Under the pieces are notes generated by a model, which saw only the letters and a list, made by a program, of their open reading frames with translations, did not search any database and was not told the DNA's origin. DNA of 63,980 nt, filler included. It is 10 parts of 10 records of this genome, joined end to end, with 100 filler letters (N's around TTAATTAATTAA, not from the genome) between each part and the next. Parts side by side here need not be neighbours in the genome. Positions count along the whole stretch, not along the records: positions 1 to 6,344 come from SRR31147125_62562; positions 6,445 to 14,143 come from SRR31147125_62594; 8 more parts are not named here. One strand, written 5' to 3'. This document shows positions 1 through 9,933 of this stretch, piece after piece. The first letter of the stretch is position 1. Every line of letters begins with the position of its first letter. Position numbers and translations under genes: made by a program.

Positions 1-177
1 CTTGTTGTTTTTTAATTCTTTGATCTCTCTAAATTCCTGGCGACTTTTACGGTTAAAGCCAGGAGATCAAAACTATAAAAAATGACATATAAACTAATGT
101 TATGCAATACCTGAAAATATATTATTTAGTGCTATCCATGTTATCCGTGATCTATAAACGATAAAAGGAAAAAAATC

Positions 178-1272
178 ATGCAAAGACGGGAGTTTATCAA
201 AGCAAGCGGGGTATTAGTTGCCACGTCGCTTATTGGTCTGGGATGTAAGATTGGTGACAGTTCAGAAAAATTAAAATTTCCCCGCTATCGTGGTTTTAAT
301 CTATTGGAAAAATTCAGCGGACGAGGCCTGCGCAGAAAATTTAATGAAGAAGATTTTGAAATTATGGCAGAGTGGGGATTCGATTTTGCCCGTATTCCCA
401 TGTCGTACTGGACCTGGGCATCTAAAGAGAACTGGTACAAGATAGATGAGGATGTATTAAAAGACATCGATGAGGTTGTGGAATTTGGCAAACTATACAA
501 CATTCATATTAATCTCAACTTTCACCGTGTGCCCGGTTATTGTATCAATGGACGGGATCTGGAGCCTGTGGATCTTTTTGAGGACAGTCCGGAAAATATG
601 AAGAAAGCGCTGGATGCGGTGGTGTACCACTGGAAGTCCTTTGCCCGTCGATACAAAGGAACTCCCAGTTCACAACTGAGTTTTGACCTGATCAATGAGC
701 CACCCTGGATGCAAGAGGAAACCCGATATGTGGAGGTTGTCAAAGCGCTGGTAAACGGAATCCGGGAGGAGGATCCTGAGCGCCTGATTGTGGCTGATGG
801 AAAAAATGTGGGGAGGGCACCTGTTCTGGGAATTGCAGATCTGGGACTTGTACAGAGTACCAGAGGCTATGATCCAATGAGTGTGAGTCATTATACGGCA
901 GGATGGGTACCAGAAAATGCCTTTGAAACAAAAAATCCGCCAACCTGGCCTTTAAAAGGAGATGACGGCAAACTCTGGGACAAGGCCGCTCTTAAAGCCA
1001 AATTGATCGATACCTGGCAGCCTTTGGTGGACAAGGGCGTACCTGTTCATGTGGGTGAATGGGGCTGCTATAATAAAACACCACATGATGTGGCCCTACG
1101 CTGGATGCGGGATTTGCTGTCACTGTGGAAGGAGGCCGGCTGGGGACAAGCCATGTGGAATTTGAAAGGAAGTTTCGGCGTCCTCAATAGTGAACGCGCT
1201 GACGTAAAATATGAGAACTATAAAGGCTACAAGCTCGATCGAAAAATGCTCGAGTTAGTGATGGAATTTTAG
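178..1272 (+). CDS. Glycoside hydrolase family 5 (cellulase superfamily), Tat-exported
   Basis: Tat-like N-terminus MQRREFIK; RGFNL, WGFDFARIP, LNFHRVPG, acid/base DLINEP and nucleophile VHVGEWG motifs. Confidence 0.9.
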   Translation: MQRREFIKASGVLVATSLIGLGCKIGDSSEKLKFPRYRGFNLLEKFSGRGLRRKFNEEDFEIMAEWGFDFARIPMSYWTWASKENWYKIDEDVLKDIDEVVEFGKLYNIHINLNFHRVPGYCINGRDLEPVDLFEDSPENMKKALDAVVYHWKSFARRYKGTPSSQLSFDLINEPPWMQEETRYVEVVKALVNGIREEDPERLIVADGKNVGRAPVLGIADLGLVQSTRGYDPMSVSHYTAGWVPENAFETKNPPTWPLKGDDGKLWDKAALKAKLIDTWQPLVDKGVPVHVGEWGCYNKTPHDVALRWMRDLLSLWKEAGWGQAMWNLKGSFGVLNSERADVKYENYKGYKLDRKMLELVMEF

Positions 1273-1309
1273 ACGAAAATGAATTAATCTTGTGCAAAAG
1301 GAGTATGTT

Positions 1310-2143
1310 ATGATAAAACGAATCATCCTTATTACAAGTTTATTTATTTATTCTCTGTCGCCCATCTTTTCACATGATTTATCCAAAATAGAACTTGAAA
1401 AAGGGGTAAACTTTCTCACAACAAAAGTCTATACTGCGGAAGAAGATGCCCGTATTTTAAAATTGTATGAAAGTTTGCGAGTGGCAGATGTTTCTGATGG
1501 TATGGATAAAGTCGGACTGCCAGGTACGGGGCTGGTAGATCCTGCCATTCATCCTGACTGGGTGGATTTGGAACATTTATCCCATCAGATACGGGGAATT
1601 GCTGTGACAGCCCGGTATGTACCCACTCAGCGACCGGACAGGCCGCAACCTGGAGAGGATTTTGCCACATGGGAAGGACGTTTTTATAATACTTTTTCCA
1701 GTGAGGCGTTTACAGAGCTCATTAAACCGGGTACGGTTGTGGTCCTGGATGATGTTGAGGACAAGGATATTGGCTCTATCGGTTCCAATAATATTTTGTC
1801 CTGGTATAGTCGTGGTGCTGTTGGCGTGGTTACAGATGCCAGTGCCAGAGATACGGATGAGGTCGCAATAGAAAAAGTCCCGTTATATTTACGTAAAAAA
1901 GGACGCGGCATACGTCCCGGCCGGAATGAACTGGAATCGGTCAATCGTCCTGTGGTCATCGGTGGGGTTCTGGTTTGCCCGGGTGATGTGGTTGTCGCGG
2001 ACGGGGATGGTGTGATTGTTGTTCCCAGAAACGTGGCAGAAAAAGTGGCAACATATGCCCATGAAATTCTAAACAAGGATAAGGCTGGCAGAAAAAAATT
2101 ATATGAACGTTTGGGAATGCCCTTGGATAAGACGGTTAAATAG
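1310..2143 (+). CDS. RraA / HMG-CHA aldolase family protein with signal peptide
   Basis: VADVSDGMD, GAVGVVTDASARDTDE, VCPGDVVVADGDGVIVVP motifs; ATG 1310 follows an AAGGAG RBS (ORF track start 1292); hydrophobic N-terminus. Confidence 0.85.
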   Translation: MIKRIILITSLFIYSLSPIFSHDLSKIELEKGVNFLTTKVYTAEEDARILKLYESLRVADVSDGMDKVGLPGTGLVDPAIHPDWVDLEHLSHQIRGIAVTARYVPTQRPDRPQPGEDFATWEGRFYNTFSSEAFTELIKPGTVVVLDDVEDKDIGSIGSNNILSWYSRGAVGVVTDASARDTDEVAIEKVPLYLRKKGRGIRPGRNELESVNRPVVIGGVLVCPGDVVVADGDGVIVVPRNVAEKVATYAHEILNKDKAGRKKLYERLGMPLDKTVK

Positions 2144-2418
2144 TGTAAATTACCGCATCCCTGATGCCTTTGTTTCTTCATTCGGATTTGACAGGTATTT
2201 TTATATTGTACTGATTATAAAGCCTTCTTTATTTACATCTGTTACATACATTCTGATCAATCGGAAATTCTTTTATATATTACCTGCAATTTGTTTCATT
2301 CCAATCTATCCTTAATTACAAATTGGGATAGTGTATGACCTTTTCAAACAAGCGTTAACTAATTATATTTTTCTTTATACATAAAATCGAAATTTTTACA
2401 TCTATTGAATCAATCCTT

Positions 2419-4253
2419 ATGAACATGATGGGGAATCGAATGAAAAAGACATTGAAAACATGTTTTAGGTTGTTGTTTCTCGTTTTTGTATTCAAGAGGG
2501 AAAGAATAGTCAACTGGATAGTATTACTCTTGCTTTCCGGTGTCCTGATTGTATCACCGGTCTCTGCACAACCAAAAACACTGGAGGATGTTCGTGCCCG
2601 CCTGCAGTCTGATTTTATTGATGGGCTTTATCATCGCACCTATTACAGTCTGCTGGATCGGATTGACGTGGACGGCTTTTTACAGGAATCTCTGACAGGA
2701 AGGTATCCCGGAATGTTTCCACGCACAGTTGGAGGGGCTGTATCGCTCTTTCTGGAAACGGATGAATTGCACGTCGCTGAAAAAATGATCCAGTGTACAT
2801 TGCAGGCGATGACAGTCAATGACATGGAACGAATCCCACATGTCTTTCTGCGTCAAAAAAACGATCTTGTGCCGGTTTTCAACAACAAAAAATTGAAACA
2901 ATTATCAGCAGCACATGCTCTTTATAAACTTGATTCTGACAAATGTGCCGCAATGACATTTCGTGCGCCGTCTGAATCCATTTTTGCTATAGAAGCGGCT
3001 ATTAAAGTGGGTGCCTGCAAAGGTGTCCTAACCCTGACCATCCGTAAAGAAAAAAATAGCAAACCATTGATATCCGCCAGTCTTGATACAAAAAAAGTTA
3101 CACCCGGACAGCTGTGGCATCGGTTTGAATTATCCGGGGATTTGAAACTAGTTCCGGGACAAGAGTATGTTATCCGTTTTGATTATGCCGGCTTTGGACA
3201 TCCTGTTTGGTTTGGAAGTGAAGGTGAACTGGAACAAAATTCCGGTGGATATTTTTTGAACTCAAAGGCAAAAACATCTGGATGGACTTTTTTAAAGAGC
3301 ATAGCCCGGCATATGTTGTTGACAGCGGACATGTCCGCCATGAACAACGAAATGAGCCTTATAACATTTATTGCGACTGGGATCAGGTTGATGGGCAGGC
3401 TCACGTGATTATGGCCTGGGCCAGGCTCGCTCTGCAAAGGGGAAAAACGGATTTTGAGGATTCAACTTACCCGTTAATGGCAAAGTTGATGGATCGAACC
3501 TCAGATCAACCTTATTTTATGTGGGGCAGAGGGCATGCTGTTGGTGTCAATTTAGTGCAAAATATTTCACTGGAGCATTCACGTGAGGGGCGATACTGGC
3601 ACGCATGGGATATTCTCACTCAATGTGTGGTTGGTGCTTCTTTGCAGTCCATGATTGAAATTGCCAGACAGCGTGGCGACTTAAAACATGCTTTACGCTG
3701 GCAGGATCGGCTTCAGGTGCTGGAAAAGGGTGTTAAACAAAATTTGACCAGAATGTTTAACAATAAAATGATTTATTTGGAAATGCGTCTGCCAGATTCA
3801 GCTGGGGGTGTTCCTTTTACCGGTATGGGGTGGATGAATTTTGCCCCAATCATGGCGCAATGGGAACCACTTGATCGGCAGGTGTTGCGTAATACTGTAA
3901 AGGTCATGCGTGAAAAATTGCTTCTTGACTATAAAAACCATAAATATTTAGCAATGGAGTATGACCAGAACGGTAACGTATCACATTCGGTAATTGGTAA
4001 AGGCGTTGGTTGGGAAATAGATTATGCCCGCCAGGAAAAAGAGTATGATCGTATCGTTGACTGGATCGATTTTTTAGCAGCAACTCATTCTGGTGAGCTA
4101 TATACTGAATTTATGTCTATCGACGAAAATGGCGAATGGAAAACCGGTGACGGAGGTAATGGGGAGCAAAGCTCATGGTGGTGTTGGGCCATGGCACGAC
4201 TTCGGAAGGAAGTAGGGCTGCCAGCTGTTCATAAGAGGCTTGATGGGTATTGA
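2419..4253 (+). CDS. Secreted putative (alpha/alpha)6 glycoside hydrolase-like protein, split by a frameshift near 3290
   Basis: ORFs 2419-3408 and 3282-4253 overlap at a TTTTTT/AAA run and read as one protein; signal peptide; DQVDGQAH and Trp-rich helical C-terminal half. Confidence 0.55.
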
Positions 4254-4388
4254 TATTAATAATAAATCATTGACAATCGTATCAGTTTAAAATACAGCAG
4301 ACCTGATAAAAGAAGGGATTAGCGACATGTACAAACAAGAATCCGGTTCTTTTGCTTTTCCAGACTACTTTTTATTTTTATACTTTTT

Positions 4389-6344
4389 TTGCTATTAATG
4401 ATTTCTTTCGTGTCTGCAGGCACCTTTGAAGGAACCTATTTTTCCGGTGAAGGCGATGTAGAGTATTTACGATTACTGGATATCTCCCGACGAATGTTTG
4501 CTCCGGATCCGGAATTTCAAAACGTCAGCATGTTATACACGCCATGGTGGAACGGATTTGTTGAAGGCCCTACCTGGGATGCCTGGTGGGTGCAGAATAG
4601 TTATGGACCGACATACTGCGCGCTGCCATTCTACCAGGAGCCATTTGTCACTTTTTTGCAAAATGCCCAGGATCTGTGGTTTGATCAAATGGGTGACGGT
4701 GTCCGTGTTGGCGCCAAAGACTGGGTTGCCCCGGATGGCTGTCTGTGTGATTGTGCCCGGCCTGGCTGGATTATGTATAAACAGGGTGATGGCCGCATAA
4801 ATATTCATGATTGGGGCATGGAATTTACCGCAGCAGGCTTGCTTTTACAATCAGAACTCTTGTTAATCAGCCGGGACGCGGTTGCCATTGATTCTTATCT
4901 GCCCATGCTGGAGCGGAGTGCCAATTTTATTGAAACACGTCGGGACCCGGATAACGATCTGTTTTTGGCAGGACCGGCCGGAAATTTGCTGGCACCCAGT
5001 TTTGCCGGCTGGTTGCAACCGGATAGTTCCTACAAGATGGCTTACCTGACCGGTTTGTCCATCACCTACATCGCTGCCCTCGACCGGCTTGTAGAACTGG
5101 AAAAGCTGGCCGGGCGGAAAGAAAAAGCAGATATGTATCTGGATCGACAGATCCGGGCGCGTAATGGTCTCCAGAAATTGATAACAAAAGAAGGCTATTT
5201 TATAAAATCCCTGGATCCTGATGGTACACGTCACGGTGTTTATGGGGCAGAAAAACATGGTTACTTTGAGGCTTCACCGAACCATGATGCCATCGCTTTC
5301 CGGGTTGCAGATGATAACCAGGCACGAAAAATATATAACAAGATTGCTTCTATTCCCGGCTTGCGGCGTCACCATTTTATCATTGCCAATGAACCCGGAC
5401 TTGATGACATGTACGATCCGGGTACGTCATGGCTCTGGCAGCATGGCACCTGGGTCAATGGCGGGCATTGGTCAACATGTGAAGCACGCATGATTCTGGG
5501 TTATTACCGGCTGGGTGAATATGATGACGCACGACAATCCATGAAGCATCTTCTCACTTTTGCGGAACAATTTCGCATGGACAATCCATTGGTCGAATTC
5601 GGCAGCAAAGTGTACCAGCCCAAACAGCACATTAACTTGTGTTATGACTCCTTTGGTCCACCGGCTGCTATGATTCGTGGTCTTTTTGAATACATCTATA
5701 AAGCAGAATCACTCACCCTGATCCCGCATATCCCGGATGGCATCACTCACCTGAAACAACGTTTTCCGATCCGGTTTGGCACAAAACAGCTTTATTTATC
5801 GACGACAGGACAGGGTGCGGTCACTGGTGTGTGGATCAATGGCAAACAGTGGAACTCCTTTGATGCTGTAGCGATAACGTTGGACTATGCCAACATACCT
5901 GAGCAAGCTGTTATTCGTATAGCTCTTGGAGGAGCCATAGATAATGGTAAACAATTCTATAAAGATAGTGTCCCAACAACATCCGATATCCGGGAAGCGG
6001 AAATCCCTGAAAATCCGTTCGCGAAAGATAAAAATTATCAACGCGTTTTATCTTTCTATGCTCAATTAAAGAATGCCGGATTGGAAAAAACGTATGCAGG
6101 CAGTCATGCCGCCCTGGTTATCCAGGCTGCGAATGCTTTGCGTGAACGGCGTTTTCTTTTACAAAAGGGAGAGCTCACGGCTTTGCCCGAACCGGCTTTT
6201 TCGGCAGCGGACAAGGTATATACAGATACTGTGATAAAGCTAACCGATGGACTTGTTAAAGTTCTGGAATCATATGCTGAATCGCAAAATGCGGCAAAAA
6301 CCGATATTTATAAACTCTGGATTAAAACCAATAATCTGAAAAAA
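4389..6344 (+). CDS. Putative six-hairpin glycoside hydrolase, runs to the contig end
   Basis: Long ORF; WDAWW, DWGMEFT, WVNGGHWSTCEAR motifs typical of (alpha/alpha)6 barrels; true start may lie upstream (ATG 4328) across T-runs. Confidence 0.6.
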
Positions 6345-6444
6345 NNNNNNNNNNNNNNNNNNNNNNNNNNNNNNNNNNNNNNNNNNNNTTAATTAATTAA
6401 NNNNNNNNNNNNNNNNNNNNNNNNNNNNNNNNNNNNNNNNNNNN
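6345..6444. other. Artificial contig-joining spacer
   Basis: 44 N + TTAATTAATTAA (stops in all six frames) + 44 N. Confidence 0.99.
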
Positions 6445-6883
6445 GGAGCTGATAGAAATAACTAAAAACCATACATGCATGATCAAGGTCAAAACCTCGC
6501 TTACACAATGAATTGATAACGCTATCAGCAAAAGGTACAGGTAAGGATTTAGTCTCATTAGATAACTGTTTCACAGCCAAATCATCAAAATCAAAAATAC
6601 ATTCATGATAAAGTCGAAAACAGATAGAGTAATAGAAAAGTTCACGATCTTTACCTGAAAAATCATCTAATACGGCATGGCGGGCCAGACGTTTGTCAAT
6701 TTCTATTAAATAACTATCAATAGCGTTATTATAATTATCAGCTAAGTCCTTGCCTTCCAGAGGCTTATTTACACCGGTAATCTCGTATTCAAGGGGTAAG
6801 GATTCATCACCAAAAGGGTTAGCTAATACTTTAGTATATATTTTAGAAAAAAAATTACGTTCATTTGACAATAAATTAACCAT
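6445..6883 (-). CDS. N-terminal part of a probable sigma54-interacting transcriptional activator (host gene, truncated by contig end)
   Basis: ANPF near the N-terminus and FSYFYQL at the break match my recollection of the region preceding the AAA+ domain in one enhancer-binding-protein family; a divergent sigma54 promoter lies upstream. Confidence 0.55.
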
Positions 6884-7006
6884 ATAATTTCCTCAAAAAA
6901 AAGTAAATATACAATTAATGTACACGCTACGTTCATTAGATCAAGATAAATATTAGTAACTTGAAAATTATTTAATATTTTGAACAAATAATAGCCATTT
7001 CAAATT

Positions 7007-7024
7007 TTGGTACAATTATTGCTT
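7007..7024 (+). promoter_or_regulatory. Sigma54 (-24/-12) promoter
   Basis: TTGGTACAATTATTGCTT = GG-N10-GC, close to TGGCAC-N5-TTGC. Confidence 0.65.
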
Positions 7025-7072
7025 AATGAATACAAAGTAGCAATAATATAAATAAGAAAGGTAGTTCAATAA

Positions 7073-7198
7073 ATGTGTAATAAAATTAATAGAATAATAG
7101 CTTTTATACTAGTGTTAACAGCAATAACTAGCTGGTATAATTATCATATAAGTATTTGGTTAAAAGGCATATCAAATGTATTTTACTGTGGTTTATAA
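7073..7198 (+). CDS. 41-aa ORF with signal-peptide-like N-terminus (possible gene remnant)
   Basis: GAAAGGT RBS; MCNKINRIIAFILVLTAITSWYNYHISIWLKGISNVFYCGL*; directly downstream of the sigma54 promoter; below the ORF-track cutoff. Confidence 0.4.
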   Translation: MCNKINRIIAFILVLTAITSWYNYHISIWLKGISNVFYCGL

Positions 7199-7273
7199 TA
7201 ACTTGAAAATATGACAGCGAACCGTGTTAAGCGTATTTATATCTGAAGGGGACAGAATCCAACCATACCTGCA

Positions 7274-7301
7274 ACGTCCCATAATATATATTATGTTTCA
7301 T
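7274..7301 (+). other. dif-like XerC/XerD recombination site (probable prophage att junction)
   Basis: ACGTCCCATAA-TATATA-TTATGTTTCAT has the 11-6-11 layout with inverted CATAA/TTATG cores, as in E. coli dif GGTGCGCATAA-TGTATA-TTATGTTAAAT. Confidence 0.75.
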
Positions 7302-7365
7302 TTGATATATTTTAACAAAGTCATTAATGTCTGTCAACACTGTATTTACAAAAAATATAAAAAAT

Positions 7366-7614
7366 CTAATAAATAGTTCTATTAGAGGACAAATTCATTC
7401 TTTCAATACGTAAATTATGAGACGCTTTAAATCGTTTTTCACACATTTCCTTTTCCCAACCACGAAATAAATCTAAAACCCTATCTCTTGCATCATAAAA
7501 ATCAGAAAATATCAAATCACCATCTGGCCTTTGATAGGTCTCCGAAATACTTATATTGCGTGTATCAAGAAAAACATTTACTTTATATGAAATTTGTAAT
7601 CCGTCATAACTCAT
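7366..7614 (-). CDS. Hypothetical protein (prophage accessory)
   Basis: 82-aa ORF in AT-rich DNA, no recognisable motif. Confidence 0.45.
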   Translation of the reverse strand: MSYDGLQISYKVNVFLDTRNISISETYQRPDGDLIFSDFYDARDRVLDLFRGWEKEMCEKRFKASHNLRIERMNLSSNRTIY

Positions 7615-7672
7615 ATATAATGTATCGCTATAGCTATATTAAAACTTTAATATCATAAATGGAGATTATATT

Positions 7673-8113
7673 ATGGAATTTATTTTTAGAATACTGAAAG
7701 CATTGATTGAATTACTTTTTGGCAAAAGAAAAGAAATCACAAAAACCAATAATGATTCTTTTTATGTAAAAAAACAAATTATGAGCAACGCTGAATACTC
7801 ATTCTATCAAGTACTATTATCTTTCTTAGATAACGAATATACCGTATTTACAAAAATACGCATGATTGACATTATTGGCTCAAAAAATGCATGGCAAAAA
7901 GTAATACAAAAGCATCTTGATTTTGTAATATCTAAGAACAATAAAGCCTTGTTAGCGATAGAGTTAGACGACAAATCACATAACACAAGAAAAGACAAAG
8001 ATATACAAAAAAATGAGATTCTCAAATCTGCAGGCCTTCCAATTTTAAGAATCAAATGTCAAAGAGCTTATGAAACAAAAGAACTTAAAGAAGCAATAGA
8101 ACCATATATATAA
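7673..8113 (+). CDS. DUF2726 family protein (PD-(D/E)xK-like)
   Basis: GGAG RBS; MSNAEYSFY, KIRMIDII, KHLDFVI, AIELDDKSH, KNEILKSAGLPILRI motifs. Confidence 0.85.
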   Translation: MEFIFRILKALIELLFGKRKEITKTNNDSFYVKKQIMSNAEYSFYQVLLSFLDNEYTVFTKIRMIDIIGSKNAWQKVIQKHLDFVISKNNKALLAIELDDKSHNTRKDKDIQKNEILKSAGLPILRIKCQRAYETKELKEAIEPYI

Positions 8114-8743
8114 AACATAAATGAACAGGATAAAAGTACCGCCAAATGTAACTATTGATAGCGATATTTGGTAGTTGTATTCTATGCCATATCGGCAGAA
8201 AAAAAGGTATTGACAAGATTGAGAAAACTGATAATCGTTATTGTTTATAACACAATAAGTTATAGAAAGAATAAAAATTGCAATGCCTGGTAGAATAAAT
8301 TTGCCAGGCAAATTTTCTTTGTAAGTGAAGCACAAAAATAATCCAAATACATACCATGCACCATACTCTAATGGAAGCATTGTAAACATGAATAATAGTG
8401 CAAAAGTCCGATAATACATACCCCTCTTGTAGAACTCAAACACTGCGATCGTAGCTATAAATGTCCAGATTATGTTACATTGTCCGACGAGCTGAAAATG
8501 AAACATATGAGAAAGTATTGCAAGCCAGAAAAGACGAATAATATAAGTCGGTTTGGATGAAGTATGTTGCCACGACTGAAATACAAGATAAGAATATATA
8601 GGCATGGCTATACGACCGAAGACGCGAAGCATAATCGAATCTGGAAAGAAAAAACAACCTAAATGGTCTAAAATCATAGTAAATATAGCAATGTACTGTA
8701 AGTAAGCTCTGGTCAATTCTCGATTTTGAATAACTTGCTCCAT
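8085..8743 (-). CDS. TraX family (pilin acetylase-like) membrane protein, frameshifted near 8225
   Basis: IAIFTMILDH, FGRIAMPIY, YIIRLFWLAILS, LEYG motifs; adding one T to the T4 run at 8224-8227 restores QFFSILSIPF...WRYFYPVHL with stop at 8085. Confidence 0.8.
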
Positions 8744-9933
8744 ATCATAAACTTTCTATCTGAATTACTATCTGTTTTGAAGGTTTGGAAAAAGCCTGAT
8801 ATCTGAGTATCTAAAGACTTTTGCTGGAATGAACCAAGGAGATATATTTCACCTGAATCAACAATAGCAGACGTTCTGAACTCATCTGTTGAAAGATTTG
8901 GTGCAGACTCAGTATAACCAATGATACTTGAATAGGTGAGTTCAAGAGTTAACTTTGCTTGAGAGTTACCACAGTCGATTATATGGCATGATATCTGAAG
9001 ACCTGAATCGACATCTTGATAATCGGTAGTTTGAACCGTACCCGCATCTGAGACAGTTTTTAATGGGACTTTAATTGTCTGACCTGAATGATATTCAGAT
9101 GTTTCACCATCCTGAAGTACAAACATAGGTTCTGTTATAGTTTCGATTCGTTGGTCGGTTTTATCCGCTTTTATAAATGCTGATAAAATGCCTGTTGTAG
9201 CATCTGAAGCAGAGCCATTTACAAGCTTATAAGACAAATCAAAATCAATGTTGCTATCAACTCCAAATTCATCATAAAGAGAATCGGAAATGGACATAAC
9301 ATAGAATTGAACACACCAGCTATTAATAGGGGCCGATTCTATTCTGTCAAACATCTCATCAAGTTTGCGTAATAACTGAACCCTATCGCCAACAACAACA
9401 AGACCATCGGCATAGACAAGCCCTCTACCATATTCGGAACGCAATAATTCAATTGTATTCTGAAGACTATCTTTATCAACTCGATAGACCTTCCGAACAT
9501 ATACCCCCCTGTCCTCTGCTTTAATTTCACCTAAGTAATAAAGATTTCCGGAACGGGTAAGACTGACTTCCAATCGTCTAGCCAACATATCTAAAAGTGT
9601 ATTTACCGGCTGATTTTTGACATCTATAGTGACTTTTTTATCATCTAGATTAGATGCACATATAATTGATATACCTGCCTTATCCGCTAAAAGACGAAGA
9701 AATGAAACAAGTTCCATATCGTCGACTGCCAATGTAACCGACTCTAATAAAGGTTCTGAGATAGAACTTTGTTTTGAGACTTCAGAAAGCTGTTTATAAT
9801 ATTTTTCAAAATCTGCAATATAACTATTGGACTTTACGCTGCACCCCGAGACGCAAAACAGAATCGTCAGACAAGACAGCTTTACGACGTTTATAATCAA
9901 TTCTTTTAAGTTGTTTATTTTTATGTATGCCAT
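8713..9933 (-). CDS. Secretin (filamentous-phage pIV-like export channel), lipoprotein-like signal
   Basis: N0-like VTLAVDDMEL...VTIDVKNQPV; N3-like GLVVVGD; secretin core EPMFVLQDGE...GQTIKVP...YQDVDSGL...SGEIYLLGS; lipobox-like FCVSG-C. Confidence 0.85.
   Translation of the reverse strand: MAYIKINNLKELIINVVKLSCLTILFCVSGCSVKSNSYIADFEKYYKQLSEVSKQSSISEPLLESVTLAVDDMELVSFLRLLADKAGISIICASNLDDKKVTIDVKNQPVNTLLDMLARRLEVSLTRSGNLYYLGEIKAEDRGVYVRKVYRVDKDSLQNTIELLRSEYGRGLVYADGLVVVGDRVQLLRKLDEMFDRIESAPINSWCVQFYVMSISDSLYDEFGVDSNIDFDLSYKLVNGSASDATTGILSAFIKADKTDQRIETITEPMFVLQDGETSEYHSGQTIKVPLKTVSDAGTVQTTDYQDVDSGLQISCHIIDCGNSQAKLTLELTYSSIIGYTESAPNLSTDEFRTSAIVDSGEIYLLGSFQQKSLDTQISGFFQTFKTDSNSDRKFMIWSKLFKIEN

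Noticed and set aside
8045-8084. ORF-track C-terminus of TraX extending to 8045
   Set aside because: Out-of-frame tail; the conserved FYPVHL ending lies in another frame and stops at 8085
8713-9933. Secretin as part of a T2SS or type IV pilus system
   Set aside because: No pilins, GspE/F or platform genes; short pIV-like size and position directly after Zot
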